A stretch of DNA of 64,000 bases from Mobula birostris. Lineage: Eukaryota. The stretch lies in NCBI RefSeq assembly GCF_030028105.1, contig NC_092374.1, forward strand, positions 193,993,345 through 194,057,344. Reading direction: 5' to 3'. The notes beneath the pieces are model-generated. The model did not search any database and was not told the origin of the DNA. It worked only from the letters and a program-made list of their open reading frames with translations. The position numbers and the translations under genes are program-made. Below are positions 54,201 through 61,439 of this stretch, one piece after another (position 1 is the first letter of the stretch; each line of letters starts with the position of its first letter).

Positions 54201-57200
54201 GCCGTCAATCTTTTCGTGGTCCTCCGAATACTTTAAGGTCACCAAATGTGACCACACTAAAGGCACCATCTTCATGTGGTGAAGCTATAAACCCAGGCAA
54301 GGGTTAAATACACTGATAGCTTTCCACCGGTCACTCCTTTTCTTGCACTGTGAGAGCCACTGGTCGATTCTCCCGATCGATCCACAAAACCCACCCGTTT
54401 TGGGGCACTCAAAGCTCATCTGGTGTCAGTTTCTTCTGTGTCTCTGTACGCCTACAAGAAAGCCAGCTGACCTTGTATATATATATATACAAACATGCTG
54501 AACACCAGCTGTCCATTATATAGCTCCACCCTTCTATCACCATGGCGACTCACGAGATGCTCGGTGCCTCTCTCTCTTAACCAGCGGCACACTCTGTCTC
54601 TTTTTAAAGGTACAGTCCGTAATGAATAATCCTTAAGATTTCGTTGCAGTGAACCATCTGTAAATAACTGACTGGAGACACAAGGGAAGGCAAATGCTAG
54701 AATCTGGAGTGTCAAACAATCTGCTGGAGGAGTCAATCGGGTCGAGCGGGCTCTGTGGCAGGGGGTGCTGGTGTGAAATATTTCCAGTCAAAACCCTAAA
54801 CCTTGCACCAGGGCTTGGAAGTGGAGATGGCCTGTACAAAGAGATGAGGGTGTGTTGGAGGTAACTGGTAGGGGCTGCTGGATAACAGGCAGATAATGCT
54901 CTGCAGATGACAGAGAGGGGTGGAATTTGGAGACAAGCGTGGATGGCAAACAGCTATGGGAAGGATGGGATATTTGGAAGTTTGGTTGACCAGCAAGCTT
55001 GGCAAGATTTTTCGAGCCGTTTCGGCTACAATCATGTGGGATATAATTTGTTGTCGTATCTCTTTTATCTGAATCTGACTCTTCGGGGAGCATCAAGGGA
55101 GACGTGGGCCTGGTCTAACTTAATCCTTCACTGTATTGCCGTGCCTACAGTGAAAAGCTTAGATTTCCATGCTGATTGTACTCAGATCATTCTAATCGAA
55201 TCCTTTTCTCCACAAGGTACCCACTGTAGAGAACATCCAGTATGCGGAGATATATCCAAGTTACTCCAAAAACCGAACTCCTGCCAAGACATCGGTGGAA
55301 GATGGCGATTTGGAGTGAGTTACTTAACTTATCTTAGCTTAGTTGTGGCTGGATACATAGGGTGACTGAGTATGGAGAATCACAGCACAGAAATAAGCCC
55401 TCCAGCCCAGCATAATCCTCGGACTATGTTGTTCGAGGACGCAAACAACTCATTTCACTGCACAGGGTTCGATGTGCGGGTGTCAGGTAAAGATCGTCTT
55501 TAACTCTGGCATTAAGTTATAGGTGGAAGAATTGGAGAGAAGATTGGGAACAACATTTTCACAAGAGTGGAGCGGGAGTCCAGAACTCCTTTGTGAAAGG
55601 GCAGCAGGCACAGAAATCTTCAGCACCTTAAACTGTGTGATGCGTGTGTGTCTGTCTGTATGAGTGTGTGTGTGTGTGTGTCTGTGTGATCTAACAGCCG
55701 CTCAAATGTACTTCTATATCAACTTGCACCATTCCAGGCCACTACCACGCTCTGTGTGTTTAAAAAAAAACCACTTACTGCACAATCTCCTCTGAACTTT
55801 CTCCCTCTCACCTTAAGTGCATTTCCTCTGGAAAGAGGAAGAAATTGCCTTTAAACTCATGAGAGAACATAGGCCATCAACTTTTTGCTGTTGATGTTTC
55901 TGTAGCAGGCAATTTCTTTTTTACTAGGTCGAGTTACTAGCTCGACTCTCAACCCAGCACGGGTGGAAAGCTGCCAGGGGAGCCGACTGGGTTTGAACTC
56001 GGGAACTTTCGCTCCGAAGTCCAGCGCTGATGCCACTGCGCCACCAGCCAGCTACATTTCCTCTAATATTTGACGTTTATTATAATTGTTCAATTTTAAT
56101 ATTAATGAAATAATCAAACAGTTAAGATAATGATAAAAATGCATTAATATATAACCAAAAAGAACACCAAATAGTCACTTTAGACATGGTTGAATTCTGT
56201 GAGTAAAAGTCACACTGGAGTTTATTGTCATATGCATGGATGCAATGAAACAGTTAATTGTAGAAGCATCACATAGCATCACATAAACAGAGTTACACAC
56301 AAAATGCTGGAGGAACTCAGCAGGTCAGGCAGCATCTATGGAGAGGAATAAACACTCTGTTTCTGGTTGAGACCCCATCATCATGACTGAAAAGGGGGTG
56401 GGGGGGGGGGAGAAGTAGAGAAGCCAGAATGAGAAGGGAATGGTGGTGGGGGTAAGGAATACAAGCTGGCAGGTGATAGGTGAGACCAGGTGAGAGGGAA
56501 GCTGGGTGGCATTTGTCTGTGTTGCGTTGGATGTCCAGCTTCTGCAGAATCTCCTGTGTTTATCGTACTGACATTACTCTCAAGCAAAGCATACATTATG
56601 TATATTTTTAAGGACTTTACTCGCCTCTTGAATGAGTTGAGTAGTTTTGCTCCCTTTCCTGCAGAACATTGGGTCAGAAACACAGTACTGGGGGAGAGAG
56701 CACTTCATGGGTACCTGTTACAAAATGCACCAAACGCCTGGCTCCAGTGCAGCCAGTGTCACTGTGCACCGGGTACAGCATGAAATGGTGGGATTAGTGA
56801 GATACTGCGGGGCGGTCCCACTACAAGAGGTAGATGCTGAATTTCGTAAAATAAAAATCTGATGCCAGTCGCCACAGAAACGTAAAATGCCACCAGCACA
56901 GATTCCAGGTCTCATTAACCCCACCCTCCCCACTTCCTTTGGCAGGCAGGACGACGGCTATGACGAGCTGAACGTGATAGGTGAGTATCAAAGGTAGCAA
57001 CGCGTGGTGGAGAGACTGGGGGTACATGAGAACTGGGGTAAAATAGTGAGGTTAAACTGGGGACTGAAGTAAAATAGCCCATGGGGTTAAAATGGGGACA
57101 AAGGTAAAATAATGGGGTTAAAATGGGGACTGGAGTAAAATACTGGGGTTAAAATATGGACTGGGTAAAAGTGGGGTTAAAATGTCAGTGGGGGCAAAAT

Positions 57201-58994
57201 AGTGGGATTAAAATGGGGACTGGGGTAAAATAGTGGGGTTCAAATGGGGATGGGGTAAAATAGTGGGGTTAAATTGGGGACTGAGGTAAAATAGTGTGGT
57301 TAAAATGGGGACTGGGGTAAAAGTCGGGGTTAAAATGGGGATTGGGGTAAGTCAGTGGGGCCTGAGGGGTTAAAATGGATATAGTCATTAAAGCGGAGAC
57401 TCATGTAAAATGTGAATGGGGGTTCAGGGGAACTGGGATAAAATCATGGGATTAAAATGGGGATTGGGGTAAAATAGTGGGGTTAAACTGGGAATGGGGT
57501 AAAATCAATGGAGTTTAAATAGGGACTGGTGTGAAATAGTGGGGTTAAATAGGAACGGGGTGAACTAGTCAGTAGGGTTAAAATAGTAACAGATTTAAAA
57601 TGGGGACTGGAATATAATGGGGATGGGGAAATATCAGTGTGATTAAAATGGGGATGGAGTGCTTAAAATGGATACAGTCATTCGAATGGGGATTGAGGGG
57701 TAAAATGAGAATAGAGGTTCTATGGGAACTGGTTAAAATAGGCAGAGGTGTTAAAATGGTGACAGGAATTGGCTAAATAGGGACTGACCGAATTAAACAA
57801 GAATGAGGATAAATGGGAACTGAGGAGATTAAACAGGAATGGGACTAATTTGGGACAGGGGGTTAAACAGGAATGAGGCTAAATGGGGACATCTGTCAGT
57901 AACATTTACTGATGCTTTAGATGCCTCATTTGCTTCTTTCTCTATTTCACAGCAAAACGTAGCCTCCAGCCTGAAGAAGCCACAAACCAGGTAAGAAACC
58001 AAGCATTTGCTGAGGTCAGGGCAAGTGGGGAGATCCTGGAGAGATTCGAAAATGTAGCTGAGAAATGTTAAATTGAGCTGTGTTTGGCCCTTAGCTTCAG
58101 AAATGAAATGAAGTGGTGATTGGGTTAGAATCTGTCAGAACATTTTTCATTTCCTGTCCCTGTGGCTGGATTATTTCCAATAAGTCCCTGAACTGGAGAT
58201 GTGAGAGGGGAGATTGAGTAGATGAGGGGTGTATTCCCTTGAGTCTAGATTAACTAGACATTCCAGACCATGAGTGTTCGCACAACTGTTTGAACTAAAA
58301 CTGCTCTCGACTGGGAGAGTGTACATCAGAGGCCACTTGACACAAGTGATTCAGAAGCTGCTCACCTTATTGATAAGGACAATGATTTGTGCCTCCCAGA
58401 CCCCAGCAATGTGCGGGTTGGGTCAGTAGGATAATCGGCCATTGTAAGTATTCAATTGCGTAGATGAGTGGCGGAGTCTGCTGGAGGAGGAGCTGACAGG
58501 CATGCAAAGAAGGTAAAATTGGTGAGGGTAGGATCAGTTTGATCACTGGCACGGACACGTTGGGCCAGAGAACATTTTCTCTGACCTAATGAGACAAGAG
58601 GGGCTTTTTTCACTCAGCGAATTATTGGAAACTGGGATTACATTCAGTCACAGCGAGCAGAAGAGAGCTGGAAGAGCATCTGAAGGTCGATGGGCTGAGA
58701 GTGGAGCAGTGGGATTACCTGGTTTTTGCAAGAGCCAGTACAGCCTAGATAGGCCAAATATCCTCCTCCTGTACCTTGCCACTACAGAGGAGTTGGTTCT
58801 TTACTCCCAATGGTCAGGCCATACCAGTTAACAGAATTAATTTGTCTCTTCTGTGTTTTCAGTAGGAAGATGGGACTGTGAACAAACAGGTCTTGAGGAA
58901 GATTGGGAAGATCGGAGAAGCAGGTCCTCAAACGTGCTCTCAGCAGTTGGGTCGTGAATATAACAAGGATTCCAGTTTCTGTTCCTTTAATTGA
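4169..58994 (+). CDS. NCR3-like: Multi-exon NKp30/NCR3-related VJ-IgSF type I receptor with long tyrosine-motif tail (about 461 aa; spliced gene span)
   Basis: Join(4169-4211, 5710-6048, 34260-34589, 35641-35754, 37479-37497, 37595-37632, 38734-38774, 40048-40077, 43824-43867, 47125-47162, 48070-48119, 55217-55314, 56946-56980, 57953-57990, 58866-58994) gives 1386 nt in one open frame. All junctions are GT-AG except a GG acceptor before 47125. Confidence 0.75.
5710..6048 (+). CDS. NCR3-like: V1 exon: germline-joined VJ-type IgV domain, NKp30-like
   Basis: Acceptor tttcag and donor G|GTAAGC, phase 1-1. Has B-strand Cys (IPC), C-strand Trp (YRWFK), DTGMYVC and a J-like [24 protein letters not shown] resembles NKp30 GKEVRNGTPEFRGRL. 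Confidence 0.9.
6675..10108 (+). mobile_element. CR1-type LINE, 5'-truncated (ORF1 esterase remnant + ORF2 APE-RT), with stops and frameshifts
   Basis: [10 protein letters not shown] esterase motif, YLNARSI...ETW endonuclease, [10 protein letters not shown] and KFADD RT motifs, and a ctgttctatgttctat tail. Absent from the duplicated block at about 20735. Confidence 0.93.
12429..12618. repeat. About 190-bp near-perfect palindrome (Penelope-terminus-derived hairpin)
   Basis: caacacacatcaaagttgctggtgaacgcagcaggccaggcagcatc is the reverse complement of the distal arm. Arms pair up to a loop of about 10 nt, and the ORF track shows mirrored ORFs. Confidence 0.9.
13112..13199. repeat. 23-bp perfect inverted repeat / mini-MITE
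   Basis: cacacccaatttgtgtacctgct (13112-13134) pairs with agcaggtacacaaattgggtgtg (13177-13199). Confidence 0.85.
13205..13406. mobile_element. Tc1/mariner MITE
   Basis: TIRs cgaggggtgattgataa..gtggcctaagg / ccttaggccacgaacttatcaatcacccctc, flanked by TA on both sides. Confidence 0.85.
14138..18030 (-). mobile_element. CR1-type LINE ORF2, degenerate, interrupted by a hAT element
   Basis: APE ([11 protein letters not shown]...ETW) and RT ([26 protein letters not shown]) fragments, with the 3' tail near 14138. Confidence 0.92.
16722..17784. mobile_element. Non-autonomous hAT (Charlie-like) element
   Basis: TIR-like tggttg..ccaacc / gttggcaaccacta and an 8-bp TSD CTCTACAC (16714-16721, 17785-17792). 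It splits the CR1 peptide LQGVE|CQWVEL. Confidence 0.8.
18224..18760 (+). mobile_element. Retroelement 3'-end/SINE-like insertion just upstream of the V2 acceptor
   Basis: Absent from the paralogous intron upstream of V1. Ends with tgacaataaa and a taatctaatctaa tail. Confidence 0.6.
18797..20124 (+). pseudogene. NCR3-like: V2 pseudo-exon: duplicate of V1 split by a LINE insertion
   Basis: [11 protein letters not shown]...DSGMY (18797-19071) [insertion] [21 protein letters not shown] (20061-20123). Acceptor aag and donor A|GTAAGG are retained, and 33 of 112 codons differ in amino acid from V1. Confidence 0.9.
19074..20057 (-). mobile_element. 5'-truncated Rex1/Babar-type LINE inserted in V2
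   Basis: [13 protein letters not shown] motif and [13 protein letters not shown]...[12 protein letters not shown]. Candidate TSD TACTT at 19069-19073 and 20058-20062. Confidence 0.88.
21600..25700 (-). mobile_element. Old fragmented CR1 LINE (ORF1 + ORF2 remnants)
   Basis: Remnants of RT ([16 protein letters not shown]), APE ([12 protein letters not shown]) and ORF1 esterase (DGLHLNWRG; [10 protein letters not shown]). Confidence 0.8.
26370..30790 (+). mobile_element. Rex1/Babar-type LINE interrupted by a CR1 at 26579-29937
   Basis: [20 protein letters not shown]...[11 protein letters not shown] before the insertion and [14 protein letters not shown] after it. Confidence 0.85.
26579..29937 (-). 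mobile_element. Young CR1 LINE, near-intact ORF2, 5'-truncated in ORF1
   Basis: ORFs 28831-29601 (APE), 28342-28830, 27959-28345 and 26667-27953 (RT, 428 aa) are separated by one in-frame stop and two frameshifts. Confidence 0.95.
30800..31370 (-). mobile_element. Old Rex1/Babar-type LINE 3' fragment
   Basis: [14 protein letters not shown]...[14 protein letters not shown] (ORF 31174-31530). Confidence 0.7.
33338..33790 (-). mobile_element. CR1 3' fragment
   Basis: Peptide remnants [17 protein letters not shown] and VNLWNILPQ, with a tcttat-type tail. Confidence 0.7.
34260..34589 (+). CDS. NCR3-like: V3 exon: second intact VJ-type IgV domain, NKp30-like
   Basis: Acceptor ccattgcag and donor C|GTGAGT, phase 1-1. 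(G)KSKSFTVTQ...MVC...[16 protein letters not shown]...[27 protein letters not shown] and CKVRIDGIG resemble NKp30 EVRNGT and CRVEVLGLG. Confidence 0.88.
34770..35165. repeat. Minisatellite, about 43-44 bp unit (gtgggtcacacactgtcctatccccctctgggacccagtggg)
   Basis: Several tandem copies that are most homogeneous at 34960-35160. Confidence 0.9.
35641..35754 (+). CDS. TM exon [38 protein letters not shown]
   Basis: Acceptor tcccccacag, a hydrophobic run of about 25 residues, then an RRK stop-transfer. The phase-1 donor A|GTAACG is only moderate, so the 3' end is less certain. Confidence 0.8.
37479..37497 (+). CDS. Cytoplasmic micro-exon C1 (N)SLLFQ, phase 1-2
   Basis: Long pyrimidine tract + cacag, and donor AAG|GTGAGT. 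Confidence 0.8.
37595..37632 (+). CDS. C2 (R)[12 protein letters not shown], phase 2-1
   Basis: Acceptor ctttttctcttcag and donor CGG|GTAAGT. Only the phase-2 reading is open. Confidence 0.8.
38734..38774 (+). CDS. C3 (A)[13 protein letters not shown], phase 1-0
   Basis: Acceptor ttttacag and donor ACG|GTAAGT. Confidence 0.8.
40048..40077 (+). CDS. C3b [10 protein letters not shown], symmetric phase 0-0
   Basis: Acceptor tcttatttcacaacag and donor CCG|GTAAGA. At 30 nt it can be skipped in frame. Confidence 0.65.
40300..40850 (+). mobile_element. Rex1/Babar-type LINE 3' end
   Basis: [14 protein letters not shown]...HPLH...[11 protein letters not shown], followed by a short-repeat tail. Confidence 0.75.
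41330..42105 (+). mobile_element. Penelope-like element, GIY-YIG endonuclease remnant
   Basis: Degenerate [21 protein letters not shown] motif and a gatgctgcctgacctgctgagtt terminus. Confidence 0.7.
42270..43795 (+). mobile_element. Degenerate CR1 RT/3' end
   Basis: [22 protein letters not shown]...[13 protein letters not shown], with a tcttatggtcttat tail. Confidence 0.85.
43824..43867 (+). CDS. C4 [14 protein letters not shown], phase 0-2, YxxM motif
   Basis: Acceptor ttttccttctttag and donor AAG|GTGAGT. Confidence 0.82.
44740..46860 (+). mobile_element. Highly degenerate CR1 ORF2
   Basis: Remnants of [12 protein letters not shown] and KFADD motifs among many stops. Confidence 0.75.
47125..47162 (+). 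CDS. C5 (S)[12 protein letters not shown], phase 2-1, non-canonical GG acceptor
   Basis: Branch-like gtgac + pyrimidine tract + cacGG, with a perfect donor TGG|GTAAGT. The 38-nt length and phases are the only ones linking C4 to C6 in frame. Confidence 0.65.
48070..48119 (+). CDS. C6 (D)[16 protein letters not shown], phase 1-0
   Basis: Acceptor tcactctcacag and donor GAG|GTAAGT. Confidence 0.8.
48134..48232. repeat. Compound microsatellite (TG)n(TA)n(CA)n
   Basis: Directly visible, beginning 14 nt after the C6 donor. Confidence 0.95.
48371..48780. mobile_element. hAT-type MITE, one end only
   Basis: Terminus CAGGGGTCCCCAACC preceded by gtctagtg. No matching right end was found. Confidence 0.6.
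48958..54648 (-). mobile_element. Gmr1-like Ty3/Gypsy LTR retrotransposon (gag-PR-IN-RT-RH), decayed
   Basis: 5' LTR 53894-54648 and a PBS-like TGGGGCCTGCGTCCGAGAT. Gag has [14 protein letters not shown] and the protease motif is DTGA. Integrase (GHFGVNKT; VDCVGPLP; ERFHSTLK) precedes RT (RFCTDYRK; IDLLKGYW) and RNase H (DASDE...YTDHNPL). PPT 49119-49130, then a truncated 3' LTR 48958-49118. Confidence 0.9.
55217..55314 (+). CDS. C7 [32 protein letters not shown], phase 0-2, ITIM
   Basis: Acceptor tccttttctccacaag and donor GGA|GTGAGT. IQYAEI fits the ITIM consensus. Confidence 0.8.
55912..56052 (-). mobile_element. tRNA-derived SINE (tRNA-Arg-like head)
   Basis: A-box TGGCGCAGTGG, anticodon-like GACTTCGGAG, B-box GAGTTCAAACC and an A-rich tail. 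No acceptor stem. Confidence 0.75.
56946..56980 (+). CDS. C8 (E)[11 protein letters not shown], phase 2-1, hemITAM-like
   Basis: Acceptor cacttcctttggcag and donor TAG|GTGAGT. Confidence 0.8.
57030..57890 (+). repeat. G-tract satellite, about 30-31 bp unit (tggggttaaaatggggactggggtaaaatag)
   Basis: Many degenerate tandem copies with strong G skew on the + strand. Confidence 0.9.
57953..57990 (+). CDS. C9 (A)[12 protein letters not shown], phase 1-0
   Basis: Acceptor tctttctctatttcacag and donor CAG|GTAAGA. Confidence 0.8.
58866..58994 (+). CDS. Probable terminal coding exon EDGTVNKQ...SFCSFN* (if the distal AG is used)
   Basis: Tandem acceptor ttttCAG-TAG, TGA at 58992-58994, and AATAAA at 59165. 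Confidence 0.5.
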   Translation, partial: EDGTVNKQVLRKIGKIGEAGPQTCSQQLGREYNKDSSFCSFN

Positions 58995-59164
58995 ACCTTG
59001 AAACCCCAATGGCATCAGATTGTTCACAAATGCTCCGTGTCTTCGAGGAAAGAAATCTGTCAATGGCCCGAGTTTGCTTCCGCTTCCACATTGGTTACTC
59101 TCCCCGAATTAACAGAGCATCAGATTAAATCAAGCTCTCTAGTCAAGTGTGAGATTGCTGGCAT

Positions 59165-59170
59165 AATAAA
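59165..59170 (+). terminator. Candidate polyadenylation signal
   Basis: AATAAA about 170 nt after the predicted stop. Confidence 0.4.
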
Positions 59171-60161
59171 CCTATAGGGGAATCATACTCTCTATAGCCA
59201 TCCCAGAGACACATACTCGGGCTGAGGCTGGAATCCGGAGCAGCACACACAATGCTGAAGGAACTCAGTGTGTCGGGCAATATCTGCGGAAGGAAATGGA
59301 GAGTCAAAGTCTCTGGTTGAGACCCTTCCTCTGCACTGGAAACTAGAGGGAAGATAGCCAAATGTATAAAGATGGAGCATGTACTGGCAGGTGAGGGGGG
59401 TGATCGGCAGATGGGGGGGGAGGTGTAACGTTGAAGCAGGTTCATGGGTTTTGGTGAGTCAGGTAGAAGACACTGACTACAAGTAAGCATATTAATCATT
59501 TATTTACAAATAGTAAAAGATTCCTCCAAACAATTAAGTTGCCAAGTTACCCAAACTGCAAAACTAAATATTCAACAAACAGAAACTTAGTGTGGCCTTC
59601 TAAGCCTGGAGCACTTTCCCAATGGTTCTTTAGCAGAGGTCGCAACGTCAGTGTGAAAAGTCCTTGGAGACAAAGGCAAAGCGACCAAGCCTCCCACGTG
59701 AGTTATTCTTATGCCCGAGGTGCCTGACACGGGCCACCGGTGCCATGGCACACAAGGCAACCAATGGAAAAGAGCTGCTTCATACCTCAAACGGGCCATT
59801 TGATGACCAGCACAATGGAAGCGTTTTTCGACCAACAAGTTAACTGTTCCCCAAAAACGAGGAGGGGGCCAGAGAGTGGGAATGTTGTCAGAGACTGAAA
59901 GATAGGATGGATATAGTATCCACGTTCCCTCTCCCTTCTACCTTTCGGATATTGTGAATGGTCTTAACCAGACACATTAATAGTCGATTCTCTCCATAGG
60001 TGAAATTGGAATCTGGATCCTAGAACCTACTAGGACCTGTAGTCCTCTATGACTCATTGAATCTAAATCACCATGTTGTGCTAATTGGATGAGTGCCTGC
60101 AGTGTTTTGTATATTAAAGCAACTTTCCTACTTCCTTCTCTGCCTGTCTGGCCCGTCCCAG

Positions 60162-60182
60162 GTTCCAAGTTGTTACTGGTGA
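60162..60182 (+). CDS. Candidate alternative last exon VPSCYW*
   Basis: Long pyrimidine tract + cccag, phase 0, TGA at 60180-60182 and AATAAA at 60209. It also contains a donor CTG|GTGAGA at 60178/60179. Confidence 0.35.
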   Translation, partial: VPSCYW

Positions 60183-60229
60183 GACAAGGCAACATTTTGC
60201 GAGGAGCAAATAAAACTAACTTCCACCAA

Positions 60230-61240
60230 CCTACCACTACACATATCCACCATCTTAAATGAGATCCCAGCACTCGCCATATCCGCCATCTCCAAAGGGA
60301 TCCCAGCACTGAACATATCTGCCATCTGCAACGGGACCCTACCTCAAAGCAGATCGACCATTTCCTTCAGAATCCTATCACTGAAAGTATCTTTACCTCC
60401 ACAGGGATCACTCCATCTGCAATTCCCTTGTCCATTCATCCCTCACCACTAATCTCTCTCCTGGCCCTTATCCCTGTTAGCAACTAAAGTGCTACACCTG
60501 CCTATTTGCCTCCTCCTCCATCTTTATTCAGGGTGCCAAATTGTCTTTCCAGGTGAAGAAGACATCACCTGCAAATCTATTGGGGTTGTCCATTGTGTTG
60601 GCTTCTTCTGCTGTGGCCTCCTCTACACTGGTGAGACCCGTCGTAATTTGGGGGAGGGGGGTGCCACTTCATCGAGCACCTCCACTCCATCCACCAAAAG
60701 CAGAACTTCCCGGTGGCCAAACATTTTAATTCCATTTCCAGTTCCGTTCCTACATGTTGGTTCATGGCCTCTTGTGCCTAGATGACGCTACCATCTGGGT
60801 GGAGTGGCAACACCTTATATTCCGTTTGGGTACCCTCCGGCCATTTGGCATGAGTACCGATTTCTCCTTCCGGTTAAAAAATCCCTCTGCCTTCCCTCTA
60901 TTCCCCACTCTGGCCTACTAACTCCTCTCACCTGCCTATCACCTCCCTCTGGCTTCCCTCTTCCCTTTCTCCTATGGCCCACCCTCCTCTCCTTATCAAA
61001 TTCCTTCTCCTGCTCGTTATCTTTCCAACCCACCTGCCTTCACTTCTAGCTAGCTTCCTTCCCTTATCCCCCACCTTTTTATTTCGGTGTCTTCCCCGTT
61101 CTATTCCGATCCTGAAGAAGAGTTTCGGTCCGAAAAGTCAACAGTTTTTTCATTTCCATGGATACTGTCTCACTTGCTGAGTCCCTGCAGCATTTTGTGT
61201 GTGTTGTTTTGAATTTCCATCATCTGCAGATTTTTGCATG
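60230..61240 (+). mobile_element. Penelope-like element, GIY-YIG remnant
   Basis: TCKSIGVVHCVGFFCCGLLYTGETRRNLG and the same terminus as the 41.3-kb copy. Confidence 0.7.
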
Positions 61241-61439
61241 TAAACAAAACTAATTTATTAAATATACATTTTCTGGCCAACAATCACTGCAATCGGCAGT
61301 CTGTAATTTCCTTTTGGGAGCTGTGTTTGAATGAGAATCAGGTTTATTATCACTGACGTGTGTCATGAAATTTGATATCTTAGCAGCAGTAGTTCAATGT
61401 AATACATGAAAAAATAAGTAAATAAATTACTGAAACATA

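Noticed and set aside
55912-56052. Functional tRNA-Arg gene
   Set aside because: A and B boxes are present, but there is no acceptor stem, and it has an unrelated 3' body and A-tail, so it is a SINE.
56647-56862. 71-aa ORF as the phase-0 exon following C6
   Set aside because: It has no good phase-2 donor, and 55217-55314 fits better with strong sites and an ITIM.
55217-56980. Canonical ITAM
   Set aside because: YAEI and YDEL are about 25 residues apart, far beyond the YxxL-x6-12-YxxL spacing.
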